Shown here piece after piece: positions 1 to 10,608 of a stretch of 64,000 nucleotides of DNA. The stretch is from an uncultured Spirochaetota bacterium (GTDB lineage: Bacteria; Spirochaetota; Spirochaetia; SZUA-6; Fen-1364), in NCBI GenBank assembly GCA_963734545.1, contig CAVTHO010000005.1, forward strand, positions 288,001 through 352,000, written 5' to 3'. Position numbers and translations under genes: made by a program. Position 1 is the stretch's first letter. Each line of letters opens with the position of its first letter. A model generated the notes under the pieces. It saw only the letters and a program-made list of their open reading frames with translations. It was not told the DNA's origin and searched no databases.

Positions 1-384
1 CTCGCTTTCCGTATTCATATATGATTCTCGTTGTATTCCGGTCGCACTTGGGATGGTTTCGTTGAAACAGGACTGACAGGCGCAGGAATATCGCGTTCCC
101 GAGGACTGGCGCGCGGAGAGAAGATCTGGCACACGCGGGATTGCATCCGTCACGATGGATACCGCCCAGGGGTGAATCTGGAAGAAGCTCGAGTGGTTGA
201 ATTACTGCCCCATAAAGTAATCCTTTCCCTTCGAATCCATTCTCTTTCCCCCGAATCGACAGGTTGGAAAATTGGCCCAGACTCCCCGCACTCCGCTACG
301 ATGGGAGCGTCGTGAGCCTGTCGTCGGCAGGCTCTGATCACATCTGGATAGCGGGGTGAGACCCGCGCAAAAGGGGGGACTGAC

Positions 385-684
385 ATGGCGAAGAAAATCT
401 ATGTCGGCAACATGAGCTATAACACGAGCGAAGACACGCTGAGGCAGCTCTTCGCCCAGTACGGCGAAGTGGTGTCCGTCAACGTGATCACCGATCGCTA
501 CACGGGGCGCGCGAAGGGCTTCGGCTTTGTCGAGATGGCATCCGACGACGCCGCCCGGGCGGCAATGGGAGCTCTGAACGGAAGAGAAGTCGACGGCCGG
601 CAGCTCAAAGTGAACGAGGCCAATGACAAGCCGCGCGACAGCAACCGCGGCGGTGGCGGCGGCAGCAAGAGCCGCTACTACTAG
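385..684 (+). CDS. RRM (RNP-1) RNA-binding protein with Gly-rich tail
   Basis: RNP2 IYVGNM and RNP1 KGFGFVEM motifs; purine-rich SD upstream. Confidence 0.95.
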   Translation: MAKKIYVGNMSYNTSEDTLRQLFAQYGEVVSVNVITDRYTGRAKGFGFVEMASDDAARAAMGALNGREVDGRQLKVNEANDKPRDSNRGGGGGSKSRYY

Positions 685-700
685 GCGACACTGCAGTCGA

Positions 701-746
701 GGGGAGGCGCCGGCCCGGCCATCTGCCCGGGACGGGCCTCCCTTTT
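701..746 (+). terminator. Intrinsic terminator after the RRM gene
   Basis: GGGAGGC...GCCTCCC stem followed by TTTT. Confidence 0.55.
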
Positions 747-825
747 CGATTCCGCCCCTCTCTCAATTGATTTCGCCCGCGCACGGCCCTTCGGGTCGGC
801 CGCGGTATTTATAGAGGAGGACCTC

Positions 826-1086
826 GTGGGCAGATCGCCATATCAGAGCGAGAAACGGCGCAAGGAGCTCGCGCGGCTGAAGAAACAGGAAGAAAAAAGG
901 CAGCGCCGGTTCAACAAGAAGCATGAGGGTGAATCTCCTGAAGGCCAGGCCGAGGGAACGGCCGCAGATGGCGGGATGGAGGCCGTCGATCACCCCGCTG
1001 AAAGCGCACAAGAGGATTCCCCGTCTGTCGAGCACGCGGTGACCGAAGCTCCGGAGGGAGAGAAGGGAAACGGTACCTCGTCCTGA
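826..1086 (+). CDS. Small hypothetical protein, basic N-terminus and acidic disordered tail
   Basis: GAGGAGG SD before GTG; EKRRKELARLKKQEEKRQRR helix. Confidence 0.65.
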   Translation: MGRSPYQSEKRRKELARLKKQEEKRQRRFNKKHEGESPEGQAEGTAADGGMEAVDHPAESAQEDSPSVEHAVTEAPEGEKGNGTSS

Positions 1087-1116
1087 CGCAGAGGTGACGA
1101 GTGTCACCGCGCCTCG

Positions 1117-2913
1117 TCACGCCCCGCCGGCGCTTTTCCGCTCGATCCTCGCCCAGGTATCCTTCAGGGAGACAGTGCGGTTGAATACCGGCTTCCCTGG
1201 GCTCGAGTCCGGGTCTACGTAGAAATACCCCAGCCTCTCGAATTGAAACCGGTCCCCCGGCACGGCAGTTGCGAGCCCGGGTTCCACGCGCGCGTCCGGC
1301 ACGACCTCGAGTGAGCCGGGATTGATAGTGTCCTTCCAGTCAACCCCCTCCGGCACTTCCTGCGGATATTCGGCGGAAAACAGGTGATCGTACAGGCGCG
1401 CCTCCGCCGCAAGCGCGTGCCGGGCCGATACCCAGTGGATCGTGGCTTTCACCTTGCGGTTGTCCGGCGCATTGCCTCCGCGCGTCAACGGATCGTACGT
1501 GGCGAGTATTTCCTGCACCGCGCCGGTGGAAGGGTCCTTCCTGACCCCGGTGCACGTGATGATGTACGCGTAGCGCAGCCGCACCTGCTGGCCCGGGGAG
1601 AGCCGGTAGTACTTTGGCGGCGGGACCTCGCGAAAATCGTCCTGTTCGATGTAGAGAACGCCGGAGAAGGGGACTTTTCGAGTCCCCGCCGCCGGATCCT
1701 CGGGATTGTTGACCGCTTCCATCTCCTCGACACTGCCCTCGGGCCAATTCTCGATGATGAGCTTCACGGGATGCAGGACGGCCATTGCCCTGCGGCAGCG
1801 CCGGTTGAGATCCTCCCGCAGGCAATGCTCGAGCAATTCTATCTCGGCGGTGCTGTTCGTCTTGGCCATGCCGACCCGGGATACGAAGTCCCGAATGGCC
1901 TCGGGCGTATAGCCCCTCCTGCGGAGCCCCCGGAGGGTCGGCATGCGGGGATCATCCCACCCGCGCACACGGCCCTCCTTCACCAGCTCCAGGAGCCACC
2001 GCTTGCTCAGGACGGTATGGGTGATGTTCAGTCGGGCGAACTCGATCTGCCGGCTGTGGAAGATCCCGATATTCTCCAGGAACCAGTCGTACAGCGGCCT
2101 GTGGATCTCGTACTCCTGGCTGCAGAGGGAGTGGGTGACCCCTTCAATGGAATCGGAGAGGGGATGCTGATAGTCGTACATGGGGTAGATGCACCACGTA
2201 TCACCGGTGCGATGGTGCGTGGCATGGCGGATGCGGTACATGACCGGGTCGCGCATGTGGAGATTGGGATGCGCCATGTCGATCTTGGCCCGCAGGGTGC
2301 GCGCGCTGTCGGCAAACTCTCCTCTCCGCATGCGGCGGAACAGGTCCAGGTTCTCGTCAACGGCCCGGTCACGGTACGGGCTGTTCCTCCCCGGCGGCGT
2401 GACGGTGACAGGGCCCTTGTCCGCCACGTCCGTTCCACGAAACTCGCGGATTTCCTGCTCGCTCAGGTCGCAGACGTAGGCCTTGCCCGCGGTGATGAGC
2501 TTTTCGGCCCACACGTAGAGCTGCTCGAAATAGTCGGAGGCGAAAAACTCACGATCCCCCCAGTCAAAGCCGAGCCACCTCGTGTCGGCCTTGATGGCGT
2601 CCACGTACTCCTGCTCTTCCTTTATGGGGTTGGTATCGTCGAACCTGAAATTGCACGCGCCGTTGAACTCCGCCGCGATCCCGAAGTCCGTGCAGATTGC
2701 CTTGGCATGTCCGATGTGCAGGTATCCGTTGGGCTCGGGCGGCCAGCGCGTCCGCACGTACGAGAAGCGCCCGGTCTCCAGGTCTTTCGCAACGGCCTCG
2801 CGTATGAAGTCGGACGGGGGCGCGCCGAGGCCGGTATCCCCCGCGCCTCCCTCGGCCCCTGATGCAGTGGAAGCCTTTCGAGGGGTCGGGACGCGAGACG
2901 TCGGGTCTGTCAC
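1117..2913 (-). CDS. glnS: Glutaminyl-tRNA synthetase
   Basis: [14 protein letters not shown] (HIGH), [13 protein letters not shown]; GTG at 2913 has an AAGGAG SD. Confidence 0.97.
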   Translation of the reverse strand: MTDPTSRVPTPRKASTASGAEGGAGDTGLGAPPSDFIREAVAKDLETGRFSYVRTRWPPEPNGYLHIGHAKAICTDFGIAAEFNGACNFRFDDTNPIKEEQEYVDAIKADTRWLGFDWGDREFFASDYFEQLYVWAEKLITAGKAYVCDLSEQEIREFRGTDVADKGPVTVTPPGRNSPYRDRAVDENLDLFRRMRRGEFADSARTLRAKIDMAHPNLHMRDPVMYRIRHATHHRTGDTWCIYPMYDYQHPLSDSIEGVTHSLCSQEYEIHRPLYDWFLENIGIFHSRQIEFARLNITHTVLSKRWLLELVKEGRVRGWDDPRMPTLRGLRRRGYTPEAIRDFVSRVGMAKTNSTAEIELLEHCLREDLNRRCRRAMAVLHPVKLIIENWPEGSVEEMEAVNNPEDPAAGTRKVPFSGVLYIEQDDFREVPPPKYYRLSPGQQVRLRYAYIITCTGVRKDPSTGAVQEILATYDPLTRGGNAPDNRKVKATIHWVSARHALAAEARLYDHLFSAEYPQEVPEGVDWKDTINPGSLEVVPDARVEPGLATAVPGDRFQFERLGYFYVDPDSSPGKPVFNRTVSLKDTWARIERKSAGGA

Positions 2914-3001
2914 TTGATGCTCCTTCTCACCGCGCTTCAGAGGCGCGATACGGCCACTGTGATCCAGCGGACGGAAGGGTGTCAAGAGTTCACATGCGCG
3001 C

Positions 3002-3409
3002 TCAGTCCATCAGCCGCTGCTGTCCCTTCAGGGACTGGATGCGGCTGATTTTCTGGGAGCATTCGAGACAGCCGAGGTACGCGCCTGATGGATCGCGAAG
3101 GGCAAAATACTGGATGAGGATTTTCTCGGGCTCCGGTGCGTCTCCCAGCTTCATGTCGATCCAGAACTCGGCGGAGTCGCGTGTCCCTTTCTTCATCTCG
3201 GAAAGGATGGCTTCCACCTTGGCGAGGCTCTTGCCCGGATGACAGGCGCGCACGTCGCGCCCCAGCACATTGTCCGTTCGGCGGAAGACGCGCGTCTCAT
3301 GCCGGTTCCACGCGAGCACCTTGTCGTTTGCGTCGACAATGGAGAACTCCACGGGCAGCGTCTCCAGCAGCGATGCAAGCACGGCGTCAGGCAGCTTTCC
3401 CTTGAACAT
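3002..3409 (-). CDS. Stand-alone PAS-domain protein (PAS_10-like)
   Basis: [12 protein letters not shown]...GRDVRACHP...FWID...YLGCLE pattern. Confidence 0.8.
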   Translation of the reverse strand: MFKGKLPDAVLASLLETLPVEFSIVDANDKVLAWNRHETRVFRRTDNVLGRDVRACHPGKSLAKVEAILSEMKKGTRDSAEFWIDMKLGDAPEPEKILIQYFALRDPSGAYLGCLECSQKISRIQSLKGQQRLMD

Positions 3410-3564
3410 GAACGACCTCCCTCTGTCAAAAGCGTCGCAAGTGTAGCAGAGGTCCGGGCCCCCATCAAGAACGCGTCATAGGTGCGTGTAGGGCGATGTA
3501 AAGCAAAAGACAATCGGGCCCGCGCGCGGAGACCGCCCTTCGGGCGGTGCTCGCCTGGATCAGG

Positions 3565-4212
3565 TCAGCCCGCCGCAGCGCCAAGGGGCTCAGGGGCTAG
3601 AGGGACGCCCCATGGGTGCGGGTCCTCGTCCGCCCGCCGTTTTCTTCGCGTGGGCACCTTGCGATACAGGAGGATGAATATCCCGTAGACGACCACGGTC
3701 TGCAGGGAGCCGAGGATCGCGATGCTGAGCGAATCCCGCAGCAGTGAAAATCCCGCGATGCTGAGCGCGGAGCCCGTCAGGAGGCCCATGGCATCCGCCA
3801 TCTCGCAGCGCCGGTCGAATGCCGCCCTGTTCGTCCGGTAGCGCACTTCCTTGATCTTCTGCAGGAGATAGACGACCGACGATGAAAAGACTCCGAGGAC
3901 GAACATGGACAAGAGGTAGTACGCCATGAGGTCAACGGCCGCCACCAGCGCCGAGCCGATTGCCGCCACCAACTCGACCAGCATCACCATGGGGAGCACC
4001 GCGTAGAGCTTGTCGAATATCTTCCTGTTGCCCAGGACGGCCCCTATGAGCACGGGGAACGCGGATGACATGAATGAGCCCAGCGCGATGATTCTGCCGT
4101 CCAGGCGCGAAAGTATGACGCTGATGTACAAAGGATTGAGAAAACCGTAGAAAAAGCTGGCGATAAAGCCGCTGAGAACAAACAAGTCCAGAAACGCTGG
4201 TGTTTTTTTCAT
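3565..4212 (-). CDS. Integral membrane protein, about 6 TM segments
   Basis: Multiple hydrophobic segments; GGAGG SD. Confidence 0.7.
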   Translation of the reverse strand: MKKTPAFLDLFVLSGFIASFFYGFLNPLYISVILSRLDGRIIALGSFMSSAFPVLIGAVLGNRKIFDKLYAVLPMVMLVELVAAIGSALVAAVDLMAYYLLSMFVLGVFSSSVVYLLQKIKEVRYRTNRAAFDRRCEMADAMGLLTGSALSIAGFSLLRDSLSIAILGSLQTVVVYGIFILLYRKVPTRRKRRADEDPHPWGVPLAPEPLGAAAG

Positions 4213-4365
4213 TTTCCACCTCCCTTCAGACGGGAATATCCCGCACAGGAGATGGAAGAGACATCTCCTATGCCAGTAAAACCAACCTACTCCCAGGATC
4301 GTCGTTGTGTTCCATGCTCGCTCCTGTCAGCATAAGAAGACGTTGCCCCCCGAAGGGCTGCTCTC

Positions 4366-4394
4366 AATCTACCACCGGAACCGGCGCTTGGCAA
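4366..4394 (-). promoter_or_regulatory. Sigma70-like promoter giving a ~150-nt leader
   Basis: TTGCCA-N17-TAGATT with extended -10 TG. Confidence 0.5.
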
Positions 4395-4450
4395 CCCCCG
4401 GTCACCGTACCTTGCACGGGACGCCGTGCAGTCAGGCGGCATTTGCGCCC

Positions 4451-5155
4451 TCACGGTATCAGCGCAGCGAGCTGGTCCCACCTCAGAATGACCGCGTGCT
4501 CGCCGATGCTGTCGGGGATTGCGGCGCGCGGATTGAACGCGACAGGAAAGATCCCCGCGCTCCGCGCCCCCACGATATCGTAACCCACATTATCGCCTGC
4601 AAACCACGCAGACACCGCCTCCAGCCTAAGCCTGCGCAGCGCGACTTCAAAGATGATCGGATCAGGCTTGCGGATGCCGTAGTCGGCGCTGGAGATCACG
4701 AACTCGAAGTACCGGCGTATCCCGTGCCTCTCCAGCTCTCTTTCCAGCGTACAGCCCGCGAACGAGGAATTGCTTATCACGCCCATGCGGATCCCCCGGG
4801 ACTGAAGCAGGAGAAGAATCTCCCGCACCCCGTCGATCAGGCGCACGTGCAGAGCGGCGCCCCAGAACTCCCATTCGGTCTCCTCCATTGTGCCGCGGAA
4901 TCGGAGGTCCAGTGAATCCCCGATGATGCGCAGGAGCGCTGCCTGGGTGAACTCGAGCGCTGACTGATCTTCACGGGTTTCCAGGGCGGTCATCACGTGG
5001 TTTCCCAGCTCCTGCACCTGTTCCAGGGTGACGCGGTGAGGGTTGTCGCAAGTCTTCAGCACGGCGGCGTTTCCGAGGCTCGGATCAAAGCCTTCGGAGC
5101 TGATAAGGGTTCCCCACAGGTCGAAAAGAACAGCCTCAGGCCGCCGCATGCGCAC
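4451..5155 (-). CDS. HAD-IA family hydrolase
   Basis: [25 protein letters not shown] motifs. Confidence 0.9.
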   Translation of the reverse strand: MRMRRPEAVLFDLWGTLISSEGFDPSLGNAAVLKTCDNPHRVTLEQVQELGNHVMTALETREDQSALEFTQAALLRIIGDSLDLRFRGTMEETEWEFWGAALHVRLIDGVREILLLLQSRGIRMGVISNSSFAGCTLERELERHGIRRYFEFVISSADYGIRKPDPIIFEVALRRLRLEAVSAWFAGDNVGYDIVGARSAGIFPVAFNPRAAIPDSIGEHAVILRWDQLAALIP

Positions 5156-5262
5156 TCATTTCTCCCTCCTCCGGACTTGACTCACTCTTAGTATATCCAT
5201 GCACCGGACCCCGGTCACCTGCGCTTGCCGCGTGTCCGCCCTGCCGCTATGATCGATCTGGC

Positions 5263-6030
5263 ATGGAAGGACAGAAAAAAAACTATCTCATCGATATGGA
5301 CGGAGTTCTCGTGCGCGGGACCCGTATCATTCCCGGTGCGGATGCGTTCATCGGGCGGCTGAAGGAGAGCCATTGCGAGTTTCTCGTGCTGACCAACAAT
5401 CCGCAATACACGCAGAAAGATCTTTCCTACCGTCTCGCCGGTATCGGGCTACAGGTAGAGCCGCGTCGGATATTCACCTCCGCGATGGCCACGGTGAGCT
5501 TCCTGAAATCACAGAAAAGCACCCGGACGGTCTTCGTGGTCGGAGAGAGCGGGCTCACAGAGCCTCTGCACGACGCGGGATTTATCATCACCGACAACGA
5601 GCCTTACTACGTCGTGCTCGGTGAAACGCACGCGTACAACATCCAGCAGATCACCACTGCCATCCGCCTGATCGGGAAAGGCGCGAGGTTCATCGCCACC
5701 AATCCGGATCCGTCCGGGCCGGGGGACGGAGGGATCGTGCCGGCCTGCGGCGCGATGGCGGCGCTCATCGAGAAGGCCACGGGGCTGAGCCCGTTCTTCA
5801 TCGGCAAGCCGAATCCGCTCATGATGCGCACCGCGCTCAACTACCTTGGCGTCCATTCGGAAAGCACGGTCATGATCGGCGACCGGATGGATACGGACAT
5901 GGTGGCAGGGGTGGAAAGCGGAATGGAGACCGTGCTGGTCTTGAGCGGGGTTACGCGGAGGGAAGATGTCAGCCGCTTCCCCTACCAGCCGAACAGGATT
6001 GTCGAGTCAGTGGCCGATATCGATCCGTGA
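5263..6030 (+). CDS. nagD: HAD-IIA (NagD-like) nucleotide phosphatase
   Basis: DMDGVL, TNN, GKPNP, GDRMDTD motifs. Confidence 0.85.
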   Translation: MEGQKKNYLIDMDGVLVRGTRIIPGADAFIGRLKESHCEFLVLTNNPQYTQKDLSYRLAGIGLQVEPRRIFTSAMATVSFLKSQKSTRTVFVVGESGLTEPLHDAGFIITDNEPYYVVLGETHAYNIQQITTAIRLIGKGARFIATNPDPSGPGDGGIVPACGAMAALIEKATGLSPFFIGKPNPLMMRTALNYLGVHSESTVMIGDRMDTDMVAGVESGMETVLVLSGVTRREDVSRFPYQPNRIVESVADIDP

Positions 6031-6070
6031 GAGACCGGTCGCAACCCGACGCCCCGGTCAGGCCCGGGGG

Positions 6071-8226
6071 CTACTTGGACGTCCGGTGGAACACGCCGTC
6101 CCAGTCCTTGGGCGGGGGGTCCTTCTTGAATGCCGCCACCCGTCGAGAAAAGTCTCGCTCGGCTCGTCCTTGTAGTCCTTGACGAGTGCGGCGAATCCCT
6201 TCTCTGCGGCATCCCATTTCTGCTTGCGATAGAGTGCCAGGGATGCCTCGAAGAGCTTCTTGATGGCGACAAGCTTTTCCGCGGCGGTCTTGGTCTCCTG
6301 AAGGAGCTCGTAGATCCGCACGGGCTCGTTCTTTCCCTTGACCGTCAGGAGGTCGATCTCTCGACAGACGTAGTTGTCTTTCACCTTGTCATACACCGAC
6401 TCGGTGATCAGGGTCTTGGTGCCGTATTCCTTGTTCGTGCCTTCCAGTCGCGCGGCGAGGTTGACCGTGTCCCCGATGCTCGTGAAGTCCATCCTGTCCT
6501 TGGCGCCCACGCTGCCGAAGACCACGGGCCCTGAATTGATGCCGATCCCGATGGAAATGATATTCTTCTTTGCAAGCTCGGCCAGCTCCTTTTCCTGGGC
6601 CATGGTCTTTCTGATCTCCAGGCTCGCCTTGCAGGCGTTCAATTCCTTCTTGGGGCCTTCGAACATCGCCATGATCTCGTCCCCCACGAACTTGTCCACC
6701 TCGCCGCCGCAATCATGAATGACGGATGACTGCAGCTCGAGGTAGTGGTTGAGCATTTCCACGACCTTGTCGGGGGTCATGCTCTCGCTGATCGTGGTGA
6801 ATCCGCGTATGTCGGTGAACAGGAAAGTGAGATTCCTCCGCTCGGTCATCGGAGTCTCTCTCTCGGCGTGCTTCAGAGTGGAGGCGGATATGTAGGGAAT
6901 GACACCCCGGATTACCGTGGCCATGTTCCCCACCTCATTGGAGAGAAGCTTGATCTCGTCCCGTGTGTTCACCCTGTCCTTGTACTGCAAGAGGTCGGAA
7001 GAAATCCGCAGCTTTCCCTTGATCATGCTGGAAAGAGTCGTGGCGATGCCGTTGACGCTCATCCTCAGGAACAAGATCGGGAAAACGATGGCCCTGCCGA
7101 ACAGGTAGATGAGAAAGATGGACAGGTACATGAAGATGCCGGCAATGACGAAGACCTTCACCTGGGTGCGGAAATACGGCTCGTATATGACGTCGCGCGC
7201 ATAGTCGACCATGATATAGCCGATCGAGACGTTGCTCAGCATGACGGGTGCGAGGAACTCGTAGGTCTCCGTGGAAGGATTATAGCGGCTGGTGATTCCC
7301 GTTAGAGCGGATTCCGGCTGCGCCACGCGCTCATCGATCTTCTTTCTATCCGTGCTCGACCAGATCTGGAAACCGCCTCCCTTGACGTCGCGGCGGTAGT
7401 AGGAGAGCGTGTTGAACCGGAAGGAGGAGTTCAGTCCCAGGGCACCCGTGTTCTTCTTCTCCTCTGCGCCGAAATAGTCGTCCAGTGAAATCCTGTCCGT
7501 CGGATTCGCCTTGACGACGCTCGCCGTCCTGTCCGCGAGCCCTTCGCCGTTCGCATAGACCGCGGAGAGAATCGTGCGGCTGAAGTCACGCAGGAGGGAG
7601 AACGCGAGAATGAAAATGATCGCGATGATGAGCGGCACGAAAGTAAGGAGCATTTTCCGCTGAATACCCCGCCTCTGCAGGGCGGAGAGCACACCCCGCC
7701 CGCCGGCCTCCTCGTCCGTTCTGCGGAACTCGAGGTATTCCAGGTACGTGGAGTCCCGCGTACTCAGCCACATGATGAGCATGACGATGAAATAGCCATT
7801 GTAGCCTATCGAAAGGCCCGCGACAGCGTAGGTGGCCGGCGGGAACGCGGCAAAATAGCTGCCGCTGGCGGCGCGGACCACCAGGTGCATGATGACCAGC
7901 GTGATGACGAACCCCGAGGAGAGAATATTCAGCAGGATCGGCAGCGGCTTCTCGGGATCAGCCAGAAACGGGATCTGTTTTGTCAGGAAGATCGCGGCGA
8001 TTTTCCAGATGCAGATCAACGGTACGAGGTACGAGAAGACGGTGACGAGTATCCACGCGCCCAATTGCGAGGGCGGCGAGCCATAGAGTGTTCCGGCAAG
8101 CTGAAGGGGGTCGAAACTGCCGATGTCTTTGCTGATGAAGGGAAGCACATACCAGAGGATGATGATGACGGAGTAGGCCGCCTCGGTGATATGAAAAGCG
8201 AGTTTCGGCCTCGGGTTCATATTCAT
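6071..8226 (-). CDS. Membrane class III adenylate/guanylate cyclase; frameshift near 6142 in the C-terminal tail
   Basis: FTDIRGFT, DKFVGDEIMA, GDTVNLAARLE; alternate frame continues RVAAFKKDPPPKDWDGVFHRTSK* to 6071. Confidence 0.9.
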
Positions 8227-8248
8227 CGCGTGCTCCTTCGCGTGGGGA

Positions 8249-9508
8249 TTAGTATTGTTCCACGAGCTTCTGCTTGGCGCGCGCCCTGTCCAGATAGTCT
8301 CCCGCCTGCTCGTAGTCGACCTGTACGCCGACGACGGTCTGCAGGAGCTCGATTGCGGTCTTGAAGTCTTCGTCGCGATATGCCTGTACACCGCGGTCAT
8401 ACAGGTCCTTGAGACCCGACACGATCTTCTGGTTCCTGTCGTCGAGCATCTGCTGTTTCGACTGATCGTTCGTCACCTTCCAGAGCGCGTCTATCTTGCG
8501 ATGGGCTGCCACCAGCTCCCCCGCGTCGATCAGCCGGTCGATGTCCTGCAGGTTCGTGTCGAATGACGCCCCTGAATCTGCTTTCGCGCGAAGGTCCGAG
8601 AGCTTCCGCTTGAGGGTGGAGGCCTCCTCCGTCCGGGAGACCGCCAGGGCCGAATCGGTCCTCGCTTCCGCGGTGGCATAGTCTTTCTTGGCATAGAGCG
8701 ACTTTGCCCAGGTGAAGTTCAGATCATAGGCGACCTTCTTCACGATCGTGTCGTAGCTGTTGTCCAGCTTTCGATTCAGGTCGTTCAGGGCGGCAAGCTG
8801 TGTGCGCCCGTCCGCGTAGGTGCCGGCAGCGATGAGCTTCTGGATGGAAGCGGCGCGTCGGGTGACCGACTTCCCGAGCTCATCCTTCGTGCCGGTGAGC
8901 ACGCCCTGGGCGGCAGAGCTCTGCGGATCCACATCCAGGGCCTTGTTTGCGTTCTGGAAAGCCTCGGTGTATTGCTTTTCCCGCACCGTGTCGGTGCTCT
9001 TGTCATCCACCTTGGCCAGCGCGGCCTTGGCCCGGGCAAGATAGATGTCCACCAGTTTCGACCGATCCTTGGACGTATCTCCGAGCAGCTTGCGCACCGT
9101 CGGATCCGTGGGATCCAGACGCGCCGCGGTCTGCAGGGAGACGAAGAGGGCGTAGTTGTCGTCATCCGAGCGCCGGGGCTTGGCAAGGCTGCGGTTGGCA
9201 TCCTTCAGGTTGGCCTGCAGCAGCTTCTTCTTGTAGTTGTCGATCAGCGTGAGGTACTGCTGCGCCTGCACGTTTGTGGGATCGAAACTCAGGGCAATGT
9301 TGAAGTAGTCCTTGATCCTCGGGATCTGGTCGAACTCCTGCCGGCGCACGACATGCAGATCATACTCCTGGATCCCCGCCATCGTGAGGGCCTGGGATTT
9401 GCTGTGATCGTCGAGTTTCTGAACGAGAAAGGAATCCCCCGGGGAAACGGAGGCGCAACCGGCGATTATGACCGGCAGAAGGCAGGATAGGAGAAACAAT
9501 CGCTTCAT
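8249..9508 (-). CDS. TPR-like helical lipoprotein
   Basis: Lipobox IAGC after a signal peptide; helical repeats. Confidence 0.75.
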   Translation of the reverse strand: MKRLFLLSCLLPVIIAGCASVSPGDSFLVQKLDDHSKSQALTMAGIQEYDLHVVRRQEFDQIPRIKDYFNIALSFDPTNVQAQQYLTLIDNYKKKLLQANLKDANRSLAKPRRSDDDNYALFVSLQTAARLDPTDPTVRKLLGDTSKDRSKLVDIYLARAKAALAKVDDKSTDTVREKQYTEAFQNANKALDVDPQSSAAQGVLTGTKDELGKSVTRRAASIQKLIAAGTYADGRTQLAALNDLNRKLDNSYDTIVKKVAYDLNFTWAKSLYAKKDYATAEARTDSALAVSRTEEASTLKRKLSDLRAKADSGASFDTNLQDIDRLIDAGELVAAHRKIDALWKVTNDQSKQQMLDDRNQKIVSGLKDLYDRGVQAYRDEDFKTAIELLQTVVGVQVDYEQAGDYLDRARAKQKLVEQY

Positions 9509-9599
9509 AATGGGCCCCTATTGTAATTGAGTATATCGTGAAGAAGCAGAGCCGACAAGCTAAAATGCGCGCCCTGCACGCAGCGTCAATGTGCCGCCG

Positions 9600-10403
9600 C
9601 TACGACGTGCCTTCGAGCTTTCCCGCACGCTCGGCCGCGATGTAGTTCATGCAGAACTGGTCTTTTCCCGCAAGTGCCTCTGCGGCGAAGATGTGGGCCA
9701 TGAGGTGCTGGTCCAGCGGATCGATGATGGCGGAGTCGAGCCCCCGGGCGATGGCCATGGCCATGAAGACCTGATTCACGAGCCTGCGTCGGGGGAGACC
9801 GTAAGAGACATTCGAAAGGCCGCAGGTCCTGTGCACATCAGGGTGCGCAAGGGAGATCTTTTCCATCAGCCACAACGCTCCCGATCCATATTCGCCATTC
9901 GTGCTCACCGGTCGGATCAGGGGATCGACGAATATGTGGTCGGGAACCACTCCGTCATCTTCCAGGCGTTTGATGAGCCGGTCCGCCACTTCCCAGACCT
10001 TGCCCATGTCGTCCGTCATGCCATTGTCGTCCATGCTCAAGGCAATCACCCGGGTGTGGAATCTCTTCACGAGAGGAATGAGTGTGGCGTAGCGCTCGGA
10101 TTCGGCGGAGATCGAATTGAGCAGGGGCTCCCTGCCGGCGCTCGAGAGCCCGGCCTCCACGGCAGCAGGACGGGGGGAATCGATGGACAGGGGGGCGTCG
10201 GTGACCTCCCGGATCACTGAAATCGACCAGAGGAGCTTTTCCACCTCGTCGTGAGGGAATGCCCCCGCGTTCACGTCGATCCAGTTGGCGCCGGCCTCGA
10301 CCTGCTTTTTCGCCAACCCCTGGATATAGGCGGCGTCCTTTTCCTCGATGGCTTTGCGGATCTGTTTCCGGGTGGAGTTGATGAGCTCTCCGATGATGAG
10401 CAC
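9600..10403 (-). CDS. Methyltetrahydrofolate:corrinoid methyltransferase (AcsE-like, pterin-binding)
   Basis: IIGELINSTRK, IDVNAG, SIDSP, GLSNVSYGLP, GLDSAIIDP. Confidence 0.9.
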   Translation of the reverse strand: MLIIGELINSTRKQIRKAIEEKDAAYIQGLAKKQVEAGANWIDVNAGAFPHDEVEKLLWSISVIREVTDAPLSIDSPRPAAVEAGLSSAGREPLLNSISAESERYATLIPLVKRFHTRVIALSMDDNGMTDDMGKVWEVADRLIKRLEDDGVVPDHIFVDPLIRPVSTNGEYGSGALWLMEKISLAHPDVHRTCGLSNVSYGLPRRRLVNQVFMAMAIARGLDSAIIDPLDQHLMAHIFAAEALAGKDQFCMNYIAAERAGKLEGTS

Positions 10404-10608
10404 GGGGCACCTCTCTGACTCTGAGGGAGTTCTGCCTGGGACTGGCGGCATGATAGGCGGGAACCCGGAGATGGTCAACGAGGGCATAGCGCGCCGATGG
10501 CCGGCGGTGTGTCCCATTGACCACTCCTCGATCTTCTCCTACACTGAGCAGGCATAATCACGTCATAAGATCTCACGGACAACTGTGAGGTTTTCGGGGG
10601 GTCTCGCT

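Noticed and set aside
1-384. ORFs 31-315 and 150-386
   Set aside because: No motifs or SD; probably regulatory DNA. A minus-strand start at 18 is too short to assess.
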